64,000 nt of DNA from Candidatus Eremiobacteria bacterium (GCA_963737065.1 CAVTRC010000001.1:2336001-2400000), one strand, 5' to 3'; numbered from the stretch's first letter, positions 29,005-39,095 are shown. Notes: generated from the sequence alone by a model not told the origin. Made by a program: numbers and translations.

Positions 29005-30299
29005 ACCGACAAATCGTAATCGCGTTGGCGGCGCTGGCAATTGGGCTAGCGCCGCTCGGCATTTCGGCCGCTGCCGACGTCCCGACCGTCGGAAGGTTGC
29101 CGCACGGCGGCAACTTCGTGCTCTACCGCGATCAAACGGTTCCCGCCGCGGCCGTCGATCTGTGGTTCCGCGCGCCTGGCGCCGGTTACGATAATGCGTT
29201 GCCCGGGATCGCGCGCATCGCGGCGACCGCCGCCGCAACCGCAACGCTCGAGAGCGGCAAGTCGCTCTTCGGATTCGTGCGCAGCGTAGGCGGCCACATG
29301 TCGATCAATGTGTATCCCGACATCATCGGCGTGAGCGCCGTCGTGCCGACGAATGCCGCACGCCGGGTCATCGCCGCGATGAGCGCGGCGTATTTTTCGC
29401 CGGCGATCGACGATTCGGCGCTGAAAACGGCGCAAAAAGATGCAGCCGTCTTGTCGGTCGCGCGCCGCTATTCGTCCGACGATGTACTGCATGATGCGCT
29501 CTTCGCGCAGATTTTCTCGTCGGGACCGAACCACTATTCGCCGCTGCCGGAAACCGTTGACCAGATAAGAAAGATTTCGCTCGCCGACGTAAGATCGTTC
29601 GCGAAGCGCGCGTTCCGCTCGGCGAACGCGACGATGTCGCTTGCGGGCAATGTCGATCCGTTGTGGATCGAGGCCGTGACGGCCGGGACGCCGGGCTCAC
29701 CGGATGCGCCGATTAGATCGCCGATCGCCGGAGCGCCTGCAAACACCAGCATTAGCGGCAACGTGCCGGGCGTCGGCATCGCGTGGACCGGTCCGCCGAT
29801 TAGCGATGAGCGCGCTGCGACCGCAATGGATTTTATCGCCGACTATCTGTTTCGCGATGAAACCGGAACGGTCGTGAGAGCGGTCACGTTGCAGAGCGGA
29901 AACTACGTGAGCGGCCAATTCATCACGCTACACGACCCGGGCGTCATGCTGGTGACGATCGGTGGCGACAAGCCGGCGCAATTGAAGCAAACGGTGCTCA
30001 ATGCGGTCGCCGCTCTCGCGACGCCGCTCGACTCCAAAACGTTCGAGGCAGCTCGTGCGGCCTTCGTCTATCATCTTGCGGTCGATACGCAGCTTCCGAT
30101 CGAGCAGGCCGACAATCTCGGGTGGTATGCGGCAGAAGGCAATGCGTCGTACGCACCGAGCGATCCGAGCAGCAGCTATTGGCAGCGCGCGAAAGACCTC
30201 GATCCGGCATATGTCGCGTCAGTGGTCAAACAGTATTTGTCGCATCCCGTCGTCGTCGACTTGACGGCTTCCCCCGCGTCGAAGGAGTCCGCATCGTGA
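29001..30299 (+). CDS. Exported M16 peptidase-like protein lacking HxxEH
   Basis: Signal peptide; LWFRAPG...PGIARIAA at the expected zinc motif; ISLADVRSF M16 pattern. Confidence 0.65.
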   Translation: MNRQIVIALAALAIGLAPLGISAAADVPTVGRLPHGGNFVLYRDQTVPAAAVDLWFRAPGAGYDNALPGIARIAATAAATATLESGKSLFGFVRSVGGHMSINVYPDIIGVSAVVPTNAARRVIAAMSAAYFSPAIDDSALKTAQKDAAVLSVARRYSSDDVLHDALFAQIFSSGPNHYSPLPETVDQIRKISLADVRSFAKRAFRSANATMSLAGNVDPLWIEAVTAGTPGSPDAPIRSPIAGAPANTSISGNVPGVGIAWTGPPISDERAATAMDFIADYLFRDETGTVVRAVTLQSGNYVSGQFITLHDPGVMLVTIGGDKPAQLKQTVLNAVAALATPLDSKTFEAARAAFVYHLAVDTQLPIEQADNLGWYAAEGNASYAPSDPSSSYWQRAKDLDPAYVASVVKQYLSHPVVVDLTASPASKESAS

Positions 30300-31606
30300 A
30301 ATCCCGCGTCGCCGCGCTCGCGCTCATCTGCGCGTTCGCGCTTCCGTCCGTCGCCTTCGCCGCGGCACCCGTCGTTCAAAACAGCAGTGGGGCGACGCTC
30401 ATCGAGCAGCAAGACAATGCGGCTCCGCTCGTTCATGTGACCGTCGTCGTGCGCGCCGGACTCAATCGACAGACGATGTCGCAAAACGGCCTGGCCGCGT
30501 TGACCGCGCAAACGGTTCTGCGAACGGCCGTCGACGGAACGCCGCTCGAAGATGCACTCGCAGCACATGGCGGCGGCGTTCATTTTGCGGTCGATCCCGG
30601 CGACGTTCGATTTGCGGTCGAATCGACGCCGGCGCAAGCGCCGGCGGTGTTCGATCTGTTCCGTCGCGCGATCGCTGCGCCCGCATTCGACGCAAAAACC
30701 GTTACGTCGGCGCGAACCGCGCTGCAGACGCAGATCGCGATGAACGAGCAAGTCGCCCTGCAAGTCGGAATGGACATGCTCGCCGGGAACGATGCGCCCT
30801 CCGCCAATGCAGCGCTTCCCGCACTCGGTATTCCCGGCGCACTTGCGCAAATGGGGCCCGCCGACGTGCGCGGATTCTATGCGAAGTTTTACCGTCGCGG
30901 TGGCTCGTTCGTAAGCGGTGTCGGCCGCCTCGACGCGCTCTCGGCCGGTATGCTGGATACGCTCGCGCAAACATTGCCGGCCGGCGACACTACCGCTGTC
31001 GCGGTTTCGCTTCCGAAGCTGCAAGGCACGACGCATCAATATGTCACGCACCGCGATATCTCTGCGCCTTGGTTGATCGCGCAGTATCCCGCGCCGCCGA
31101 TTGACAGTAAGGATTACGGGCCGATGCTCGTGCTTTCTTCGTTCATGCAACGCACGCTCTCGGAGATTGCCCAAGTCCCAGGCGTCGTTTCATCGACTGC
31201 GAGCTCGCGCGCGGTCGGCGCAATGTATCAGTACGACCGTACCGATCCGAATCTTACGCTCTATGTGAACGGCAGCATCGGCAACCCGAACCGCGCATTT
31301 GCTACGGCGCTTTCGGTCGCAAGCATTCTCGCCGCGACAAAACTGCAAGGATCGATCGACGATTTCAAAGCGCTTGCGGCAGGCGACTTCGTCAGCGAGT
31401 CGACGAGCTTGGAATCGCGCGCGTGGCTTGCCGTGCTATTCAGCCAAAACGGTCAATCGGCCGATTACGTGAGCCGCACGCTGAGCGCAATTGCAAACAC
31501 GAACGCCGCCGATTTACAGCGCGTTGCTCGTCAATATCTCGGTAATCCCGCGATCGCGCTCGTGCTGCCGCGCGATACGAACGCGCAAGCTTCACAAAGC
31601 CCCTGA
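30296..31606 (+). CDS. Exported M16 peptidase-like protein, second subunit, no HxxEH
   Basis: GTGA overlap; VRAG...NGLAALTA; ADVRGFYAKFY; ADLQRVARQYL. Confidence 0.65.
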   Translation: MKSRVAALALICAFALPSVAFAAAPVVQNSSGATLIEQQDNAAPLVHVTVVVRAGLNRQTMSQNGLAALTAQTVLRTAVDGTPLEDALAAHGGGVHFAVDPGDVRFAVESTPAQAPAVFDLFRRAIAAPAFDAKTVTSARTALQTQIAMNEQVALQVGMDMLAGNDAPSANAALPALGIPGALAQMGPADVRGFYAKFYRRGGSFVSGVGRLDALSAGMLDTLAQTLPAGDTTAVAVSLPKLQGTTHQYVTHRDISAPWLIAQYPAPPIDSKDYGPMLVLSSFMQRTLSEIAQVPGVVSSTASSRAVGAMYQYDRTDPNLTLYVNGSIGNPNRAFATALSVASILAATKLQGSIDDFKALAAGDFVSESTSLESRAWLAVLFSQNGQSADYVSRTLSAIANTNAADLQRVARQYLGNPAIALVLPRDTNAQASQSP

Positions 31607-31633
31607 AAGTCGCGCTTAGGGCCAGTTTACGCA

Positions 31634-32728
31634 ATGCGTAAACTGGCCCTTGTCCACGATTACCTCAACCAGCGCGGAGGCGCCGAACGCGTCTTTGCGC
31701 ACATGGTTGCGGCGTGGCCGGATGCTCCCGTGTTCACGGCATTGTATGATGAAGCCGTTATCGGCGATTTGATCCCCCGCGAGCGCGTGCAGACATCCGC
31801 GCTCGCGCGCATTCCGGGCGCGAACCGCAATTTTCGTTACTTGGCACCGCTGTATCCGCGCGCATTCGAGGCTTTCGATTTTTCGCCGTACGATGTGGTG
31901 ATCAGTTCGACGAGTTCGTGGGCGAAGGGCGTCCACGTTCGTTCGGATGCCGTGCATGTGTGCTTCATTCACACCGTCAGCCGTTTCTTGTTCGACTACG
32001 ACCGCTACGTCGGGGGGCTTCGACCCGCTCGCGCCAAGCTTGCAAAGACGTTGACGCGAGCAATGGTTTCGAGGCTCGTCGATTGGGATCTCGTCGCGGC
32101 ACAGCGGCCCACGCGATACGTCGCGAACTCCGAGACCGTCGCCGAGCGCGTGCGCCGGTATTACGGGAGGAATGCCGACATTTTGCATTCGCCCGCGGAC
32201 GTCGAGCGCTTCACCGTTGGCGAGGGTGGAGGCGACTACTTTTTCATCGCATCTCGATTGCTCCCGTACAAACGGATCGAGCTCGCAATCGACGCGGCGC
32301 AACTCGCCGGCGTGCCGCTCGTCATTGCGGGAACCGGTCCGTCGGAGCGGCAGCTGCGCAACCGCGCGCGTGGCACGTCGACGACCATACTCGGCTACGT
32401 TAGCGACGAGCGCGTCAACGCGTTGCTCGGCAGCGCCCGCGCGGCCGTTTTGCCTGGCGAGGAAGACCTCGGGCTCGTACCGATCGAAGCGGCGGCGACC
32501 GGCCGGCCGACGATTGCCTATCGCGGCGGCGGCGCGCGCGAAACGGTAATCGAAGGCGTTACCGGCGAGTTTTTCGATGAGCCGTCCGCCGAGTCGTTGG
32601 CGAACCGGCTGCGTTCGTTCGATGCATCGCGTTACGATTCACAGCGCTTGCGCGCGCATGCGGAAGACTTCTCACCGCGGCGATTCATCCAACGCTTCCG
32701 AGCGATCGTCGAATCAACCCAAGCATGA
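31634..32728 (+). CDS. GT4 glycosyltransferase
   Basis: HDYLNQRGGAERV, SRLLPYKR, EDLGLVPIEA. Confidence 0.9.
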   Translation: MRKLALVHDYLNQRGGAERVFAHMVAAWPDAPVFTALYDEAVIGDLIPRERVQTSALARIPGANRNFRYLAPLYPRAFEAFDFSPYDVVISSTSSWAKGVHVRSDAVHVCFIHTVSRFLFDYDRYVGGLRPARAKLAKTLTRAMVSRLVDWDLVAAQRPTRYVANSETVAERVRRYYGRNADILHSPADVERFTVGEGGGDYFFIASRLLPYKRIELAIDAAQLAGVPLVIAGTGPSERQLRNRARGTSTTILGYVSDERVNALLGSARAAVLPGEEDLGLVPIEAAATGRPTIAYRGGGARETVIEGVTGEFFDEPSAESLANRLRSFDASRYDSQRLRAHAEDFSPRRFIQRFRAIVESTQA

Positions 32729-33695
32729 GGCGCGCGGGTTCGGTACGATCGATCCGCGCTGCACGCGCAAGCGATTGCTCGCGCATCGTTTCGCGCAGCG
32801 TTTCGTCGTGAACGACGCGTTCGAGCGCGAATGCCCACGCTTCGACGTCGACCGGCGGCACGAGAATGGCGGCGTTATCACACGCTTCGGGTAGTGCGGT
32901 AACATTGCTCGCGATAACGGGCGCGCCACAAGCCATTGCCTCGACCGCCATGATTCCATAGCCTTCGGCAAGGGATGGTATCGCGACCGCAAGCGCTCCG
33001 CTGTAGAGCGCGCGCAGTATTTCATCGTCCGCGACTATGCGTTCGTGCCGCGTGCCGCTGCGTTCGAGCATCCATTTGTCGTTCGCACTGATGTTTCCGG
33101 CAACGACCAGTTCGCAGTCACCGCCCGGAAACGCGCGCGCAAATGCGTGCACGAGCGTTGGAATGTTCTTGCGCTCCTCCGGTCCGGCTACGACGAGAAC
33201 GTATCCCGGACGACGATCCGTACCGACCGGCATCCAAAACCGATCGGGAACTGGGTGAATCACGGTAAAGTTCCCGACGTCGCATCCGAAGATGCGCGCT
33301 AGTTCCGTTGCGGACCAATGCGAATTGACGGCTCGGGCGTCGGCGCGCTCCATCGCGCGGCGGATCGGCCTTTGCTCTCGCCACCGTGCGACGAAATGGT
33401 GATGCGGTTGCGTGAAGGCGAACGCGTCGTGAAACACTACGGTACTTCGTGCGCGCGGAACATCGAAACGCATCGCATTCCACGGGAACCATACCGCATC
33501 GAACCTTCCGTGCACGCGCGTTTCAACCGCGTAAGGAAAGTCTCGCCGCAGGGCCTCCGCATGCGCCGGCTTGCGAACGATGAGCGCGACGTCGAGATCC
33601 GATGCACGCTGCCAGTCGGCGAGCACACGGCGCACGTATCGTCCCATGCCGCGGCGGTCGTCGACGAGATTCCACGCGTCGACGGCCAACCTCAT
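32685..33695 (-). CDS. GT4 glycosyltransferase
   Basis: GMGRY, RKNI, PSLAEGYGIMAVEAMACG. Confidence 0.88.
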   Translation of the reverse strand: MRLAVDAWNLVDDRRGMGRYVRRVLADWQRASDLDVALIVRKPAHAEALRRDFPYAVETRVHGRFDAVWFPWNAMRFDVPRARSTVVFHDAFAFTQPHHHFVARWREQRPIRRAMERADARAVNSHWSATELARIFGCDVGNFTVIHPVPDRFWMPVGTDRRPGYVLVVAGPEERKNIPTLVHAFARAFPGGDCELVVAGNISANDKWMLERSGTRHERIVADDEILRALYSGALAVAIPSLAEGYGIMAVEAMACGAPVIASNVTALPEACDNAAILVPPVDVEAWAFALERVVHDETLRETMREQSLARAARIDRTEPARLMLGLIRRSLGSVG

Positions 33696-34450
33696 TGGGC
33701 GAGTTGCGGAGCGAACATCAGCGCAAAAACGGTGACGGCATTGAAAAGTCCGTGTGTGACCATGGAGCAGAACGCGTTGCCCGTTCGATAGTAGACGCCG
33801 CACAGGATAATGCCGCCGAGTGCAAGCGGGACGAGAACGAACGGATCGGTGTGCGCCGCACCGAAACAGAGCCCGCTGATGATCGCGCCCAGCCAAAAGC
33901 CGGCCCAGCGCAGCCCGATGTTAAAGATGAAGATGCGGAAGATCACTTCTTCCATGAATGGCGCGAGCACGATCGCAAAGAGCGCAAAGAGCCACATGAC
34001 GCGCGGTTGCCCGATCACCGCTTTGAACAGCTCGACGACGCTTTGTTCGTGCTTCGTATGCGTGAGCATCTGGATCAGCGATGCGCCGCCTTCGACGACG
34101 ATGACCATTCCCATCGCACCCAATACGGCGACGCCGAGCTGCCACGCGCGCGGCGCGTAAAAACCGAGTTCGCGCAGCGAGCGTTTTGAAACGGCCGGAA
34201 GCGCGGCGAGGATGACGATAACGGCGCAGCCTTCGACGAGCAATTGGACGAGAATCGCCGCAACGACGAATTGTGGGCCTATCGTTCGCGGACGATTCGC
34301 CAGGAAAAAGAACACAACGCCGATTATGCCGCCGACGATCGCCGCACCGAGCGCGGCAAAAATCAACAGCGCCGTCGGTCCCGCGAGAAAACTATTCGCC
34401 GGCCAACGCGTCCGAGAGCCGGCAGAAATCGTTGAGGTCGAGTTGTTCAC
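33692..34450 (-). CDS. CPBP (Abi/CAAX) intramembrane metalloprotease; start uncertain
   Basis: EEVIFR, FGAAH, HGLFN motifs. Confidence 0.85.
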   Translation of the reverse strand: MNNSTSTISAGSRTRWPANSFLAGPTALLIFAALGAAIVGGIIGVVFFFLANRPRTIGPQFVVAAILVQLLVEGCAVIVILAALPAVSKRSLRELGFYAPRAWQLGVAVLGAMGMVIVVEGGASLIQMLTHTKHEQSVVELFKAVIGQPRVMWLFALFAIVLAPFMEEVIFRIFIFNIGLRWAGFWLGAIISGLCFGAAHTDPFVLVPLALGGIILCGVYYRTGNAFCSMVTHGLFNAVTVFALMFAPQLAQ

Positions 34451-35303
34451 CGCGGGACTCCGTGGAAAGCGAACTGGCGGCAATTGCTCGTGCAACGCGC
34501 GCGCGTTCGATTCCGAGCGCGAGCGTAAGGCTGTTTGCGAGCGTTTTGCGGCGGTACGCGAACGCACCGCGGACGACCTTCCTGAACCATGCGACGTCGC
34601 GCGGATGCACGGCGGGTTGCGCTCGACGCACCAAACGCACGACGGTCGATTCGACATTCGGCGACGGATAAAACGCGCGCGGTCCAAGCGTGAACGCTCG
34701 TTCGACATGCATTGCATACTGGACGGCAATCGAAAGACTTCCGTACGCCGCGGTGCCCGGTTTTGCGGCAAGCCGGTCCGCAACGTCTTTCTGAATCATC
34801 ACCGTGATGGCGTGAGGTCCAGCTTCCATTTCTACCAGTTCGATGATCAGCGGCGTCGCGATGTTATACGGGAGGTTCCCCGCGGCATACCACGTTCCGC
34901 GCGCAGCATAAGCGGCATAATCAAATTGCATCGCGTCGGCGTGAACGATGTGCGCAGCGCGCAATTCCGGCCGTGAATGCAACACGTCGACGAGTTGAGA
35001 GTCGATCTCGATTGCGGTGACGGCTGCTCCTTCGTCGAGCAAAGCGCACGTCAGCACGCCCGTCCCCGCGCCGACTTCTAAGACGCGCTGATGCGTCGTC
35101 GCATCCGGGTTTGCCCGTTCGGCGCGAACGACGTCTATGAGAGAGAGCCGCGCAATACGATGCGCGGCTCCGCTATCCATCAGGAAATTCTGTCCGAATT
35201 TTTTCTTCGGACGCAGCCCCCACGCGCTCAGTAGTGCGCGCGGATGCGTTTTGTCCCCAATCGCGGGTTCGCGATTCGGGTCTCCTTCATTTTGAAATGG
35301 CAC
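34392..35303 (-). CDS. rsmA: 16S rRNA adenine dimethyltransferase
   Basis: KKKFGQNFL, EVGAGTG, NLPYNI, MIQKDVADR, RRKTL. Confidence 0.96.
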   Translation of the reverse strand: MPFQNEGDPNREPAIGDKTHPRALLSAWGLRPKKKFGQNFLMDSGAAHRIARLSLIDVVRAERANPDATTHQRVLEVGAGTGVLTCALLDEGAAVTAIEIDSQLVDVLHSRPELRAAHIVHADAMQFDYAAYAARGTWYAAGNLPYNIATPLIIELVEMEAGPHAITVMIQKDVADRLAAKPGTAAYGSLSIAVQYAMHVERAFTLGPRAFYPSPNVESTVVRLVRRAQPAVHPRDVAWFRKVVRGAFAYRRKTLANSLTLALGIERARVARAIAASSLSTESRGEQLDLNDFCRLSDALAGE

Positions 35304-35358
35304 TTAGCACTGCACTTCGTTCCGTGCTACGCGCGCCCCGCTGCGGCGGACCGAAGCT

Positions 35359-36408
35359 CTAGCGTAGTCGGTAGACGGTCACCGCGCGCCGGCCAAACTG
35401 CATTGCATCGGCATACGAATTGAATCCGAGATCGATCCGGTTACCGTGGATTGCGCCGCCCGTATCACCGGCGATCGCAAACCCGTATCCGGGAATATAT
35501 AAGCGCGTACCGAGCGGAATCACGCTCGGATCGACGGCTACGATGCCGTGACCCGCGGGGCGTCCGATCGCGGTCATGCCGCTACACCCGCCGCACGATG
35601 CGGTGTACGCCGTTGCAACCATATCCAGCGCGCTCACCGCGAGGCGCGATGTCCGTTCTATGCCGCGTGACGCGAAGCGCTGGAACGAAGCGTATTCACC
35701 GACCCCTACGGCCACAATGCGCGGGTGCGCTTGTCGAATGATACGCGATTCGATAATTTGCTTCGTGATGCGGCCGCCGTCGCGTTGCGCGAACGCAACG
35801 AGCATGTATCGGATACCTGGTGAACCTTTCGCGACCACTCGCGACGCGCCCGGATCCAGCGAAAAATCGAGACGACGTTCGGTCTTGACGCGAATCTTGC
35901 GTTTTTCGCTGCGCAGCCACTTTTTGACGCGCGTGACATTGATCGTCCCGTTCTGCGGGACCGGAGCGTTGGGCGCCGGGCTCACGTCGTCGTCGTTCGA
36001 AACGGCGATACTCTGCTCCGCGAGTACGCTCGCGACATCGCTTGCAGTCGTCGTAACGATTTTCTTTTGATGCGCGCTTTCAATAGTGACCGTCACCGCA
36101 GGACGATACGTTATCGTCATGCGATCGGAGATCGGCGTGTCGGCCGATGGATTGACGAAGTCATTCGCGCCGATCGTGATGCCGCGTTCCGTGAGGAAGG
36201 CGCCGACCGTCACGGCGGTAGTCGGATGCTCCGAAACGCTTCCGAGCGAATCGAACGTGACGACATGCGAGGCGGTCGCGGAAATGATCTCACCACTGCC
36301 CGCGTAGGCAGGTGCCGGGTGAGTCAGGAAGCCGGCCGTGACCAAGCCGGCAGTTAAGACGCTGACAGCGAGCACGTGGCTCAGCCGCAGAGGGCCGCGT
36401 CCTATCAA
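35359..36408 (-). CDS. YabE-like cell-wall protein (DUF348 repeats, G5, 3D domain)
   Basis: ATAYT, VAVDPSVIPLGT, AGDTGGAIHGNRID; upstream of rsmA. Confidence 0.88.
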   Translation of the reverse strand: MIGRGPLRLSHVLAVSVLTAGLVTAGFLTHPAPAYAGSGEIISATASHVVTFDSLGSVSEHPTTAVTVGAFLTERGITIGANDFVNPSADTPISDRMTITYRPAVTVTIESAHQKKIVTTTASDVASVLAEQSIAVSNDDDVSPAPNAPVPQNGTINVTRVKKWLRSEKRKIRVKTERRLDFSLDPGASRVVAKGSPGIRYMLVAFAQRDGGRITKQIIESRIIRQAHPRIVAVGVGEYASFQRFASRGIERTSRLAVSALDMVATAYTASCGGCSGMTAIGRPAGHGIVAVDPSVIPLGTRLYIPGYGFAIAGDTGGAIHGNRIDLGFNSYADAMQFGRRAVTVYRLR

Positions 36409-36680
36409 CCGGGTTTCCTTTCCTGTCCCAGCCCCCGCAAAGGTTCGTATACCGTAGAAATAACGAACGAAAGCCGCGAGGCTCGACTAAACAGTTGGGG
36501 TAAAGTGGTTGACGGATCCCAAATCGGAAACGCCATTCCGGACCGTTGCAACACCAGGCTGGCGGTGGTCCGCTGGCCGCTCGACGGGCGAGCGGCGGGG
36601 TAACCCGGGCACTATACCATGCCCGACGCGACGTTCGCCTATGCCGAAAGTCATAGACACGAAGGGACTGCCTTTGCACG

Positions 36681-37898
36681 GTGAATCGGCCTGTTCCACT
36701 GCCGTCACGGAGTGTCGTGAGTCGCTCGCATAGTTCGAACCTGAGCGTCGGATTCTTCACCGAGATCTATCGCCCGGTCGTCAATGGCGTGGTCGAATCG
36801 GTAGACACGCTCGCTGAAGGTTTGCGTGGACGCGGCCATAGCGTGTACTGTTTCGCTCCCCAAATGCCGGGCTTCGACGGTGACGAGCGCGCGGTGTTTC
36901 GCATGCCGTCGTTGCCGCTGCCGACGAACACCCCGTACCGGCTGACGTTGCCCCTCGTGAGTCGCAGAAACGTCAACAACGTGATCAAACGTTTGTCGAT
37001 CGTTCACGTGCATTCGATGTTCGTAACGGGATGGATGGGATTGCGGTATGCGCGGCGTTATGGGATGCCGGTCGTCTACACCTATCACACCCAGCTCGAA
37101 GCGTACGCGCACTATGTCCCGTTTCAACCGCGAGCGACGCGATTCGCGGCGCTGCAATTGACGCGCACGTTTGGGAACCTCGTCGATGCGGTGGTCGTTC
37201 CAACCCCTGCGATGGCGACGCATCTCCGCGACATCGGCGTCGAAGCGCGAATCGAAGTCGTCCCAACCGGTATCGACGTCGAACGTTTCGGCCAAGGCCG
37301 GCGCGATGATGCGTTGCGTGCGGGCCTAGGCGCAAAGCTCGGCGATCGTGTGCTGCTCTTCGTGTCGCGGCTCGCGCGGGAGAAGAATGTGGAGCTGGCA
37401 TTGCGAGCGTTCGCGCAAACAAGCGATCCGGATCTCAAACTTGTCATCGCCGGCGACGGCCCCGCGCGTGCCGAACTCCAGACGCTCGCCGACGAACTGG
37501 GTATCGCGAAGCGCACGCGCTTTCTGGGCGCGGTCGCGCGCGACCAGCTGCCGGACCTGTATGCAAGCGCGGACGCGTTCGTTTTCCCCAGCACGACCGA
37601 GACGCAGGGGCTCGTACAGGCGGAAGCGCTCGCTGCCGGCGCGTACGTGATTTCGGCGGATGCCGCATCGAACCGCGAGGTCCTCGGCAGCGCAGGGCGC
37701 ATCGTCGAGCCGACGGTCGCCGGATTCGCGACGGCGATGCAAGAGACGCCCGCAGCACCGAGCCAACCATCGATTCAATGCGCTCGCAGCGCAGCCGCGC
37801 GGTTCGCGGTCGGCCATCAAGTCGACCGCATCATCGAGATCTACGCGAGCCTGCTCGAACGCGTGCCCACTGGGACGCACAGCACCCAAACGGCTTGA
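36681..37898 (+). CDS. GT4 glycosyltransferase (diacylglycerol glucosyltransferase-like)
   Basis: YRPVVNGVV, YTYHT, SRLAREKN, ETQGLVQAEA. Confidence 0.88.
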   Translation: MNRPVPLPSRSVVSRSHSSNLSVGFFTEIYRPVVNGVVESVDTLAEGLRGRGHSVYCFAPQMPGFDGDERAVFRMPSLPLPTNTPYRLTLPLVSRRNVNNVIKRLSIVHVHSMFVTGWMGLRYARRYGMPVVYTYHTQLEAYAHYVPFQPRATRFAALQLTRTFGNLVDAVVVPTPAMATHLRDIGVEARIEVVPTGIDVERFGQGRRDDALRAGLGAKLGDRVLLFVSRLAREKNVELALRAFAQTSDPDLKLVIAGDGPARAELQTLADELGIAKRTRFLGAVARDQLPDLYASADAFVFPSTTETQGLVQAEALAAGAYVISADAASNREVLGSAGRIVEPTVAGFATAMQETPAAPSQPSIQCARSAAARFAVGHQVDRIIEIYASLLERVPTGTHSTQTA

Positions 37899-37924
37899 CG
37901 GATCGAACATCTGTTCGATACAAT
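37895..37924 (+). promoter_or_regulatory. Promoter containing a Gram-positive-type LexA (SOS) box
   Basis: TTGACG (37895) and TACAAT (37919) flank TCGAACATCTGTTCGA (37903-37918). Confidence 0.85.
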
Positions 37925-37930
37925 CGACCC

Positions 37931-38329
37931 ATGCTTCAGGTGCAACTCGGCTATGCTGCCGACGAGGTAGGAAACGGAGTCGCCTATGCGCGCCTGCGCT
38001 CGCGGACGGGAGAGCGGCTTGTGCGAGCCGGCTTCCGCGTCCAACGGTTTGCCGGTCTCGATGACCGTGAGGTCGCATACGCAGCGTTGACGGTAGTCGC
38101 GACGCTTTTGTCCGAGCGCGGTGTTGACCGCGCGGCGTTCCTCGTACCGAATGACGCGCTGGTGAGCGACCGTAACGAACATCGGGACGTCCCTTCGCCC
38201 GTCGTTCTCCCGTACGTCCGGCTTGGCTGTGCGCTCAACCGCTTCAAGGCGTATACCCTCGCCTTTGGTGACGATCCGGATATCGCGCAACGCGCCCGCG
38301 CGGAGGTTGCTCTAAACCCGGCCGCCTAA
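37931..38329 (+). CDS. Hypothetical protein, probable degenerate RNase HI-like fold
   Basis: ATG 6 nt after the -10 element; EVAYAAL...ERGV...DALV...PY...LNRF pattern. Confidence 0.65.
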   Translation: MLQVQLGYAADEVGNGVAYARLRSRTGERLVRAGFRVQRFAGLDDREVAYAALTVVATLLSERGVDRAAFLVPNDALVSDRNEHRDVPSPVVLPYVRLGCALNRFKAYTLAFGDDPDIAQRARAEVALNPAA

Positions 38330-38338
38330 ATCGGCGGC

Positions 38339-38938
38339 GTGCAATTTGAGCGGACGTATCCGTCGGAGCTGCCCGTTGGAACCGAAGAGCTCGCTCGTGC
38401 GTTACTCGGAATGGTCCTCGTTCGCGATAGCGACGAGGGGCGTTCCGCGGGACGTATCGTCGAGACGGAGGCATACGTCATCGGCGATCCGGCATCGCAC
38501 GCATATATCGGTCCGCGTCAACGCAATGCATCGATGTTTCTCGAGCCGTTTCATTCATATGTCTATCTCATTTACGGCACGAACTTCTGCTTTAATGTAA
38601 CGAGCGAAGCGCGCGGTGAAGGCGCCGCGGTGTTAGTTCGCGCGTTGGAGCCGCTCGACGGAATTGCGTTGATGGAGCGACGGCGGCAAACGGACTCGCT
38701 GCGCGATTTATGCCGCGGTCCCGGACGTCTCGCGCAGGCGCTCGACATCGACCGCTCGCTCGATGGACGGCAACTGTTGACCGATCGGGATCTCTGGCTT
38801 GCACGTCGGAATCGCGCACCGGGAGCAATCGGCGTCAGCCCCCGTATCGGAATCACGCGCGCCGCGCACCGCCGCTTGCGGTTCTATGAACGAGGGAGCC
38901 CGTATGTCAGCGGGCCGCGAACGCTCTCGCCACCGTAA
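38339..38938 (+). CDS. 3-methyladenine DNA glycosylase (MPG/AAG family)
   Basis: GRIVETEAY, DPASH, YVYLIYG, AVLVRALEP, GPGRL, RIGI. Confidence 0.93.
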   Translation: MQFERTYPSELPVGTEELARALLGMVLVRDSDEGRSAGRIVETEAYVIGDPASHAYIGPRQRNASMFLEPFHSYVYLIYGTNFCFNVTSEARGEGAAVLVRALEPLDGIALMERRRQTDSLRDLCRGPGRLAQALDIDRSLDGRQLLTDRDLWLARRNRAPGAIGVSPRIGITRAAHRRLRFYERGSPYVSGPRTLSPP

Positions 38939-38956
38939 CAACCCCCAAATCGTCCC

Positions 38957-38985
38957 TTGATAGGTCGCAACGCTCATGCTATAGT
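38957..38985 (+). promoter_or_regulatory. Putative rho promoter
   Basis: TTGATA-N17-TATAGT with extended TGn. Confidence 0.6.
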
Positions 38986-39095
38986 GAGCACGTTTAATCC
39001 CCTCGTACACAACGATCGATGCTCGTTGGCAGCCTCGCCAATGATATAGCGTCGGTAAATCGTCCTGTGCACGGCTCTACGAGAGAGACAGTCCT

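Noticed and set aside
36409..36610. c-di-AMP (ydaO) riboswitch call
   Set aside because: Conserved ydaO sequence blocks are not recognisable; kept only as an unassigned structured leader.
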